Source: the human T2T-CHM13v2.0 reference genome, Homo sapiens
Reading direction: 5' to 3' (one strand)
Length of the DNA: 64,000 nt
NCBI RefSeq assembly: GCF_009914755.1
Contig: NC_060947.1
Position 1 is the stretch's first letter, and the number at the start of each line of letters is the position of its first letter. Positions 47,130-64,000 of this stretch are shown here, one piece after another. A program made the position numbers and the translations under genes. The notes under the pieces were generated by a model, which ran no database searches, was not told the DNA's origin, and saw nothing but the letters and a program-made list of their open reading frames with translations.

Positions 47130-47830
47130 TATTCGTCCAAACTCCAAAGCTCAGGTTCACTGGGCCGTAAGCCTGTACCCACCATCCCCGGGCCTGCCAG
47201 GGGCGGCTTTGCAGGATTCTTCCAGCCGCGGGGGACGGGGACGGGGACGGGGCGGGGTCCCAGGCCCATGCCATCCACCTGCCAAGCCGCCGGGTCCCGG
47301 GAGGCGTTTCCCCTCCCCTCGGCCCGCTGCCTGACCTTCGAGCCGCCTGAGAAATCTCCATCCTGGCGAGTGCCCGAGCCAGGCCGGCCTCCCCGCCCCC
47401 TCCCTGGAAAGGAAAGGCCCCGGCGACAACAGAGCCAGACCCGCTCATCCCGATCTCCCAGAAGGCGACTGACAGCTGACTGCCAGAAGGAGATCGCGCC
47501 AGGAGACTGACTGCTCTGTGCCCACCCGGGGACCCGGGCCCGTTCAGCCGGGCTGGCTGGTGCGCCCTCTGCAAAGCCTGCGCCAGGGAGGAGGCAGGCT
47601 CAACCTTCAGATTCCCAGGGCCTCTCTGTCGCTGTCGCCGTCGCCGTCGCCCGAGGTCCCAGCGGCTCTACCAGATTGTTGTGGAGGCCTCTCACCCGCA
47701 CAGGTACCCCGGGTGCAGCGCGGGCACCTGAAGCCCCGTCCCCGCTCCCTGCTGCCCAGCCACCCCTTTGTGGTCACGGGCCGGGCCTAAATGGAACATT
47801 TGGCACCCCCGTCCCCTCCCCACCGGCTTC
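47130..47830. promoter_or_regulatory. RGN: CpG island, upstream RGN promoter with GC boxes
   Basis: GC- and CpG-rich stretch against a CpG-poor background; GGGGCGGGG at ~47249-47257 and CCCCGCCCCC at 47391-47400. Confidence 0.85.
47400..47703 (+). other. RGN: RGN non-coding first exon (start approximate)
   Basis: Lies in the CpG island and ends at donor CAG|gtaccc (47703/47704); TSS cannot be resolved from sequence. Confidence 0.65.
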
Positions 47831-47924
47831 TACTAGGGAGCATGGGGTTAAAAGTCGCTATTGCAAAAGTCGTGCCACTGCTCTTGAGCCTTATCTAAGA
47901 CTGATAGGATGAAGGCCTTTGTAG

Positions 47925-49168
<1,244 letters not shown>

Positions 49169-49306
49169 GACAAATGCAGGCAGTGTGGATCATTCCTGGA
49201 AACCGCCTACTCAGGGCAGAGGTACAGAAAGAAAAGATTGCTCTTGAAAGTTGCCTGTCTTTCCTCTCCCACATGGGATTCTTATCTGATTTTTTCTCCT
49301 TTTCAG

Positions 49307-49926
49307 ATAATTTTTCTCTGTCTTCTCCCAGTTCGCTGGTCATGGTCTCTGGCCTAAAGTCCCAGCATAGACTGTTCCTCTCCTGTGGAGTCTAACACTC
49401 TTTGCCAAACTGGCACGGTGTCTTCCTGGGAAGCAAGAAATCACTGAGGGCCTGTCAGTTCCTGCCAGGGTGGTTCGATGCTGTCCTTTTCTCCACTCCT
49501 TCCATGGTCTGCGTTGGAAAATGTGTGTTAGTTCGAATTCAGCGAGTTCTCATTGGGGTGAACATAGTCCTAAAAATGCAGTTCATAAAAATCAACCACA
49601 CAGAGAAGAAAAATAAATAAATCAGTAAAGCAGCTCAGAAAAATGCAGGTGTGGCGGGCCCTGGCCTCTGCACCCTCATAGAGGGGCTCAACAGCATCAA
49701 CAGAAGGTGGGGGAGCAGAAGGTGCCCTGCAGACACCCAGAGGGGCCACCAATGAGCAAACTGCCAGCTCCCTGACCCGCCCTGGGGCCCAGGGTATTGA
49801 CATAAAGGACGGCCTTGCACTATTTCAACAGCCAGTTCTCTGAGGGTCACAAACACCAAGGAGTGGAGGTCAGAGTGTCACTTTTTTGTTTTCTTTTTGA
49901 AAGATCATTCGAGAAACACGTCACTG
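49307..49926 (+). other. RGN: RGN 5'UTR exon (620 nt); its 3' part probably also serves as an alternative first exon
   Basis: Strong acceptor tttttctccttttcag|A at 49307 and consensus donor CTG|gtaagt at 49926, which would join to ATCTCCCCTGCGACCATG. Confidence 0.7.
49745..49840 (+). promoter_or_regulatory. RGN: Putative proximal RGN core promoter (CCAAT box plus TATA-like CATAAA)
   Basis: CCAAT at 49749-49753, TATTGAC at 49795-49801 and CATAAA at 49801-49806, with an Inr-like CCAGTT about 30 nt downstream. Confidence 0.55.
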
Positions 49927-50119
49927 GTAAGTTGGTTGAAGATGTTTCATGGTCCCTGTTATCAGCTCTTTTCTTTTGCCTATGTGTCTCTCCCTGTCAC
50001 ATTGCATATCCTGCTCTGATCTGGGGGAAGTGTATCCAGCCTTGCCAGTTCTTAGCCAGGTGTTTTACTGTATTTGTTCTGTGCGATGACCTTTCACTCA
50101 CCTCTGTTACCTTCAATAG

Positions 50120-50500
<381 letters not shown>

Positions 50501-50524
50501 TAGTTTTTTTTTGGGGGGGGGGTG

Positions 50525-54772
<4,248 letters not shown>

Positions 54773-55395
54773 ATCTCCAGAATCATGTGAGAGTAGGTTG
54801 CATGTATATCCTATGTGCCTTTACCCCTAAAATGCTGCAGTGTGAATTTCCCAAGAAAGACGACATATTCTTACATGACCACAGTTAGAGTGATCAACTT
54901 AGAGAAGTTTAGCATTGACACAGTCATTTTATCTGATATACTATCTAAATCCCAGTTTTGTCAATTGTACAAAAAGTGTTCTTTCTCACATTTTTCCCTC
55001 CAGCACAGGATGCAGTCTAGGCTCATGGATTGCATTTCCTTTTCATATCTCTTTGATCTTTTTTAAAACTGGAACATTTTCATAGCTTTTTTTGTTTGTT
55101 TTTTATAACATTGCCATTTTTGAAGAATACAGCCAGGCCTACCCAACTCCCCCTTTTTTAATAGGGCATTCCTTATTTAGTATTTGTCTAGTGTTTGTTT
55201 GTGATTAAGTTGATGTTATACATTCCTGACTGGAATACCGCATAGATAATGTTCTGTTCTCAGGGTAACCCATCTGGAGGTACACGATGTCCGTGTGTCC
55301 CCTCGTTAGTGATTTTGATCACCAGGTTAAGGCCCTGTCAGATTTCTCTACTGAATAACTATTTTTAATGCAATTTATAAGCAATTTGTGGGGGT

Positions 55396-55722
55396 TGTTA
55401 GTTATCTATTGCTGGATAACAAATTACCCTGAAACTTAGAGGCTTAAAATAAGAAATATTTATTATCTCAGATGGTTTCTGAAGGTCAAGAATCTGGGTG
55501 CAGCTTAGCTGGATGGATCCAGTTCAGGCTATCTCATAAGACTGTAGTCAAGCTTTCCACAGCGGCTGCAGCCTCGGAAAAGGCTGGATTCTCTGCAGAG
55601 GTCTGAAAGATCCACTTCCAAGCTCATTCACATAGGGGTTGGCAGGAGGCTTCAGTTCCTTAGCTGGTGGGTCTCTCCACAGGGCTGCTCAGGACATGGC
55701 TGCCCCTAGAACCAGTGATAAC

Positions 55723-55781
<59 letters not shown>

Positions 55782-55957
55782 CGCATGCACCCAAGATCCA
55801 AGATGCAAGCTACAGTCTTTAACCAATCGGAAGTGACATACCATCACTTATGCCATATGCTATTGGTCACACAGACAATGACAGAGGGAACTATCCAAGG
55901 GTGAGAATGCTGAAAGGTGGGAATCATTAGGGGCTATCTTGGAGGCTGGCTACAACA
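55396..55957 (-). mobile_element. MLT1F/G-like MaLR LTR with an internal (GA)n at 55725-55780, inserted in an old antisense L1
   Basis: gttagttatctattgct...acaaattaccc...aagatccacttccaagctcattca...gaagtgacataccatcactt...tcttggaggctggctacaaca. Confidence 0.7.
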
Positions 55958-56489
55958 TGGGGAGATACTCTAAGTCCACACAAATATCGTGGTCCTCATC
56001 AAAATTTCTTCCTTAAGTTTTACATTCATTGATGATTCTTTCTTGAACCAAAGTTTACTATGATAGTTGCAGAATGACTTACATGCAGGTTTAAAAGAAT
56101 TTTATCTACAGTTTTAAATTAGATACTGCACTTCACATATATTTCTCATCATAATAACCTTCTGAGTTAGCCGAAGTTGATTCTCCATCTCTACTATTCC
56201 CACCTTCCCACACTGCCGCCTCACATTGTTGGCCCTGCTGTCCTGGCCCTGTGCAACTTCAATATGGAAGGCAGGAGAGGTCAGAGCAGCTGACTGTAGA
56301 CTGCTTCCCATCTTCCTGGACTTTATACAACCACAGATATGGTCCGGGACAGGTTGAAAGATTAAAGATGAGAATCTGTTGGAAGCCCTTCTGCAGTAAT
56401 TTCTGCAAGATAAAGATATGTGATTGGATATTTCACCTCCTGGTGAAATTGATTTTCTCTCCTTCTTTTAAGTAGAAGTTGACAGTTCT

Positions 56490-56596
56490 GTGCTCGCTTC
56501 AGCAGCACATCTACTAAAGTTGGAACGATAGAGAGAAGATTAGCATGGCCCCTGCACAAGGATGACATGCAAATGCATGAAGAGCTCCATATTTTT
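56490..56596 (+). pseudogene. Full-length U6 snRNA retropseudogene in an RGN intron
   Basis: GTGCTCGCTTCAGCAGCACAT...GATTAGCATGGCCCCTGCACAAGGATGAC...CCATATTTTT is U6 with several substitutions; ACAGAGA box mutated to AGAGAGA; flanked by a ~15-bp TSD. Confidence 0.95.
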
Positions 56597-56729
56597 CTTA
56601 CAAAGTTTACAGTTCTGAGGCACTCTGTGAGACAAAAATAAAGATGGCCTCCAAGGCCTCCATTCTAAGCATGGAGTCTCTGGGCCATCAGGAGACCTCT
56701 TAAAATTGCAGGTGTCATTGTAGGTGTAA

Positions 56730-56996
56730 CTATTAGGTATTACTATAGTATTCTATAGTACTAATACCAATACTATAATATTATACTTATAATAATATAT
56801 AGTTTTACTTTATGTATTATCATATATAATTTTAAATTATATATTATAATATAGTATTATAATTATATAAGCATATATAATATAATCATATTATATATAA
56901 ATATAATTATATATTATATAATATATAATGCAACTATATATATTATATTAATATATAATATTATATTATATATAATTATAATATAATACTGTAGTA
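56730..56996. repeat. AT-rich low-complexity tract
   Basis: Almost pure A/T with TATAAT-like units. Confidence 0.85.
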
Positions 56997-57633
56997 TTCT
57001 GGCAGATGCATAACACTAGTACACTAGTATATACCTGTTAGGTATATACTAGTGCTATGCATCTGCCAGAAGCACCTGAGACTCTTTCTCAAGAGAGGTC
57101 ATAGCTCTTGGCAGGTGCTCGGAGGTGCCCCAGGCCCAGAAAAAGGTGGGGTTATCTTATAGTCTAGATGGATTCTCAAGGTGATCGCACCCTGAATATA
57201 TCACCACACCCAAGATCTGACCTGTCTATGCTTGTTACTAGATAATGAAGCCAGGGCTCTAGATTATTCTATCCACCAAGGAAGAGGCTTTCCAAGCAGC
57301 AGGAGATTCACATGCATGTTCCAGGCCTCTTTTTCTGTGAGGCAGATAATGTGCAGGGAGAGTCATGAAATAAACCCAACTGCCCTAGAGCAGGAAACTG
57401 CCGAGGGAACATCCTTCTCCCCAGGGAGGGAGGATCGACCCTGTCTTGCTTGCTATTCAGGCTTCCCATCTACATTGTCTCTGGCATCTGTGCCATCTCA
57501 TTTTCGGCATCTGTTGATTCTCTTCTCCTATGTGAGTTGAGATTTCCATGTTTCTTTGTGTTGCCAAGTAATCTGGGGTTGTGTTCTAGACATTTTGAAT
57601 ATTATGAGGCCCTGAGTCTTGTTGAAATCCTTT

Positions 57634-58425
<792 letters not shown>

Positions 58426-59444
58426 GAAGAAGAAGAAATCCTTTGAAGAATGTTGTTATAGTTGTCTTAGTTGTCTTAGCAGGCAATGTATATGTGTAGG
58501 TTCAGGCCACAAGTTCCAACCTGTTTTTTATTAGATGTTATTAGGATCTGTCCCACACGTGTGGCACTCAGTGGTCAGTCTGGGACCCAGAAGGAGTTCT
58601 ATCAACTCCGCTCTCAATGTCTTCAGTAGGCTAATTCGAATCCAATTAATGCATGTAAAAGTCCAAGTTGGGGGTGAGCCTAGGAGATCATAAACAGCTT
58701 AAGGGGGTTGCGTTCCTGAGCAACTGCCCTTTCACTATCTCTCAGTCATTTCCAGTTTCCTGGAGCTCTCCTTTTCATTCCTCCAGCCAGAAACCACCCA
58801 TTTCTATGACTGTGCTGCCTCTGGGGCCAAGCAGCAAGAAGGACAGAGAAAGAGAATATAAAAGCAACAGTATTCGCCGTCACCCTTTTGGGGCTGCAGC
58901 TTCACCCAATGGAGACGAATGTCTCCTTCCCTTGGAGTTTTCATTCCTACAGTTTCCTGCTGCTGGCCATTCTCTCTGCCGTTGCTACCCGTGCTGCAGT
59001 ATTGTCTGGGGACTGGTGCGTGAGACAATGGAGAAAAAGGAGTGGAAAATAACCTAGGGATTTTCTCCACTCTCTCTGAGCTTCAGGAGTTTCTTTTTCT
59101 GCTCCTTGAGCCAGATCTAGGGGGTTCCTCTTGGATCTCTGTCTGCACCACAGTGCACATTTCCAGATTTCAGGATGTGTTGAGTTCAGGCTGGCAGATA
59201 CCAGAGAAGAAAATGAAGAGCTCACCATCAATTCCATGGTACTTCCAAGTCTGCTGTTCTTCCCTGAGCTACCTGCTAATATTTGCTTTTCAGAGTTCCA
59301 AGATGGCTGTGCCATGTATTTTATCCAGGTTTTATAGCTGTGCTCAGTGGGAGAAAATGAGGTTCGTGCATGTTTACTCCTTCTTATCTTGAACCAGAAC
59401 TTCTAGGCACAGTTTTAATTTGCATTATATGCAAGATAATTGTC

Positions 59445-61307
59445 ATTTTATATATATATAAGTATATATAATATAAAATTATATTATATAATTATAATAT
59501 AATATAATATATTAATGTTATATAATTATAATATTAATATAATATATATATTATATAATTATAATATAATTGTATAATATAATTATATTATATAAATATA
59601 ATATAATTATAATATAATTGTATAATATAATTATATTATATAAATATAATATAATTATATAATATAATTATATTATATAAATATAATATAATTATATAAT
59701 ATAATTATATTATATAAATATAATATAATTATATAATATAATTATATTATATAAATATAATATAATTATATAATATAAATATAATATAATTATATAATAT
59801 AATTATATTATATAAATATAATATAATTATATAATATAATTGTATTATATAAATATAATATAATTATATAATATAATTGTATTATATAAATATAATATAA
59901 TTATATAATATAATTATATTATATAAATATAATATAATTATATAATATAATTATATAATATAATTATATAAATATAATAATATAATATAATTATATAAAT
60001 ATAATTATATAATATAATTATATAAATATAATAATATAATATAATTATATAAATATAATAATATAATATAATTATATAAATATAATAATATAATATAATT
60101 ATATAAATATAATAATATAATATAATTATATAAATATAATAATATAATATAATTATATAAATATAATAATATAATATAATTATATAAATATAATAATATA
60201 ATATAATTATATAAATATAATAATATAATATAATAATATAATATAATTATATTATATTTTTATATAAATATAATAATATAATATAATAATATAATATAAT
60301 TATATTATATTTTTATATAATATAATTATATTATGTAATTATATAATATAATTATATTATGTAATTATATAATATAATATAATTATATTATGTAATTATA
60401 TAATATAATATAATTATATTATGTAATTATATAATATAATATAATTATATTATGTAATTATATAATATAATTATATTATGTAATTATATAATATAATTAT
60501 ATTATGTAATTATATAATATAATTATATTATGTAATTATATAATATAATTATATTATGTAATTATATAATATAATTATATTATGTAATTATATAATATAA
60601 TTATATTATGTAATTATATAATATAATTATATTATGTAATTATATAATATAATTATATTATGTAATTATATAATATAATTATATTATGTAATTATATAAT
60701 ATAATTATATTATGTAATTATATAATATAATTATATTATGTAATTATATAATATAATTATATTATGTAATTATATAATATAATTATATTATGTAATTATA
60801 TAATATAATTATATTATGTAATTATATAATATAATTATATTATGTAATTATATAATATAATTATATTATGTAATTATATAATATAATATAATATAATTAT
60901 ATTATATAATTATATAATATAATATAATTATATTATATAATTATATAATATAATATAATATAATTATATTATATAATTATATAATAAATATTATATAATT
61001 ATATTATATAATTATATAATAAATATAATATAATTATATTATATAATATGATATAATATAATATATATATATATATAATTATATTATATTATATGATTAT
61101 ATATAATTACATATATAATATAATATAATTTATATAATATTATATTATATAAATATAATATAAAATTATATATACATATATTATATATACTTATATATAC
61201 ATATTATATATACTTATATATACATATTATATATACTTATATATACATATTATATATACTTATATATACATATTATATATACTTATATATACATATTATA
61301 TATACTT

Positions 61308-61345
<38 letters not shown>

Positions 61346-61356
61346 TATATATATAT
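59445..61356. repeat. AT-rich multi-unit minisatellite (~1.9 kb) ending in (TA)n(CA)n
   Basis: Successive arrays of ~35-, 27-, 24- (TATAATATAATTATATTATGTAAT) and 21-nt (TATATACATATTATATATACT) units. Confidence 0.95.
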
Positions 61357-61396
61357 GGCCCAGATTGGAATTGTATAGTGATTTCCTTTGATTTAA

Positions 61397-61762
<366 letters not shown>

Positions 61763-62571
61763 TAGTAAGGCGCCTCTCCCTCGCCTCATGTGAAGAAGTC
61801 TTCACTTAAATGGAGAGCTTTCTGATGCTACTATTCTAATATAGTAACGACAGCACAGACTTGACTGTGCTGCCAATCAAATCATGGTCCTCAACATATT
61901 TAAATATGGCAAGAGTTTGGCATAATATGGATAGATCTGGGGAAGCTAATAAAAAATAATTAATACAAATATGGGTAGATTCTCAATCCTTTTCCTTGCC
62001 ATCATCACCAGAAAGAGGTTCACTGCAAAAGAGATCCTATTCTACCAGGAGGTGCCTAAAGGCAGATAATACTTAATGGAGTATTGGCGCAAAAGAGCAG
62101 AAAACTTGAGGTTTTTGATTGCTATTTCTTGTTTGTACTTTAGTTAACCATAGGCAAGTACTCAGAAGCTAATTACCAACCTTTCAAAATGGAAAAGCAA
62201 AAAAAAAAAGTAATTGCACGTTGTCCAACTCCATCAATACGCTTGAAAGGAGCCATAGTTGGAAACTGGGAGGGAAGGAATTATTTAGAATCTAGAAGGG
62301 AGTCCTTGAAACTGTTTCATGAAAGGTGCCAAACCTTTTATGAAACAAAAGAGCAACATTAATAATAAAAATGACTTGGAAAAAATATCCCCAGAACTCT
62401 GCATGCAGATTTAATCAGAGGCAAACTATTCTGGTGCAGATGTTTTGCTTTGAAATATGTAGTGCTCGGGAGGCTGAAGCAGGAGAATCGCTTGAACCCG
62501 GGAGGCAGGGGTTGCAGTGAGCCGAGATCGCGCCACTGTACTCCTGCCTGACGACAGAGCGAGACACTGTC

Positions 62572-62736
62572 AAAAAAAAAAGAAAGAAAGAAAGAAAAGA
62601 AGAAGAAAGAAAGAAAGAAAGAAGAAAGAAAGAAGAAAGAAAGAAAGAAAGAAAGAAGGAAAGAAAGAAAGAAAGAAAGAAGGAAGGAAAGAAAAAGAAA
62701 GAAAGAAAGAAAGAAGAAAGAAAGAAAGAAAGAAAG
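62572..62736 (+). repeat. Imperfect (GAAA)n purine tract after an Alu right-arm fragment (62465-62571)
   Basis: Directly visible; the element is flanked by atatgtagtgctc / agatgtagtgctc, a TSD-like pair. Confidence 0.9.
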
Positions 62737-63377
62737 ATGTAGTGCTCTTTTTTATGACAGTTTTTACCCATTGTCATTGTATGTGGTTTTAACATTTTTC
62801 CATTATACCTCAATCTAATGACTGTAGTGACCTGGACTTTGTAGTATAAAGTTTTGGATTTTGATATTTGTTTTTTGTATACCACGGTTACCCCCCTTTA
62901 AGGGCACCTAGTTTGTTTCTGAGTGCCCCTCCTGCAAGAAACAGGCTCTTCTAATATTTAGTCTTGAATTTGGAGCACTCAGTCAGGCAGAAAAAGAATT
63001 CATGTATCTTGCTAGTTTTTGTGCATGAACTGTTCACGTGGTACCATTAAGTTGCCTTGCGGATCTCAAGAGTTTTGTAACTGAAACAGCAAAGGTCTAA
63101 CCACAAGCTGACATGTACTTGACATAGACATGCAGGGCCCCAGTTCAGGTCAGCTTCAAAAAGAAGTATTATTGGTATTTTAGTAAGAATTCTGCTTTCT
63201 TTTTTCTCTCTCCATCTGAATGCTTAAACAGATATGCCTGTACCCAAACAAAAGACAATGAATCCATCCCAATCATGTGGTAAAAATCCTTTGTTCACAT
63301 GCCAGACACTGGATAAGCTGAAGTGATCTGTATTTATAACCAGCTTGAGAGCTCTCTGTTTGATTCTCAGTATTTAG

Positions 63378-63578
<201 letters not shown>

Positions 63579-63790
63579 TGAAAAATCCTTGTCATGGCTA
63601 GGCAGAGATATAGCCCGAAAGTTACAGTCAGAATTTCTTTTCCTGTAGAGGTGCGACTTTTTGCTCAAAATAAATTGTCAGGGAAAGTAGATTAAATATT
63701 AAATGCACAGATGAATCCTGACCTCCACAGTCTTCTTAGATCTTCCCTAGAAACAATACACAGGTTGGAAATTGCTACAACTAAACTTAA

Positions 63791-64000
<210 letters not shown>

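Noticed and set aside
47104-47912. Several Pro/Gly/Arg-rich ORFs on both strands
   Set aside because: Expected from stop-codon scarcity in a CpG island.
56490-56596. Functional U6 snRNA gene
   Set aside because: ACAGAGA box mutated, multiple substitutions, TSD present and no recognisable upstream PSE/TATA; it is a retropseudogene.
58668-59392. Cluster of overlapping 70-130 aa ORFs in an RGN intron
   Set aside because: No recognisable protein family; the sequence looks like decayed ancient repeat that I cannot assign.
59445-61356. Regularly spaced repeats superficially like a CRISPR array
   Set aside because: Head-to-tail AT-rich units with no unique spacers and no cas genes, in a eukaryotic intron; it is a minisatellite.

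Overview
Primate genomic DNA, most likely human Xp11.3; a great ape cannot be excluded from sequence alone. The window holds two genes on the + strand. The first is the last five coding exons and ~2.2 kb 3'UTR of JADE3 (PHF16), a PZP-domain scaffold of the HBO1 complex. The second is most of RGN (regucalcin/SMP30): a CpG-island first exon, a long 5'UTR exon containing a second TATA/CCAAT-like promoter, and five coding exons; its last exon lies beyond the window. The rest is dense in transposable elements: dozens of Alus, two young L1PA2-like 3' ends, an old rearranged L1, ERV1 remnants, MER1/MER3/MER20/MER21/MER58, MLT1, MADE1, a U6 retrocopy and a ~1.9 kb AT-rich minisatellite. No prokaryote-type system such as CRISPR is present, and almost all listed ORFs are repeat-derived noise. 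The best leads are: a possible JADE1S-like short JADE3 isoform made by intronic polyadenylation; two L1s 36 kb apart sharing three non-consensus substitutions; a triplicated target site (Alu plus twin-primed L1); a 75-nt near-perfect hairpin in an RGN intron; and uORF/dual-promoter control of RGN. Repeat subfamily calls are from memory of consensus sequences and repeat boundaries are approximate.
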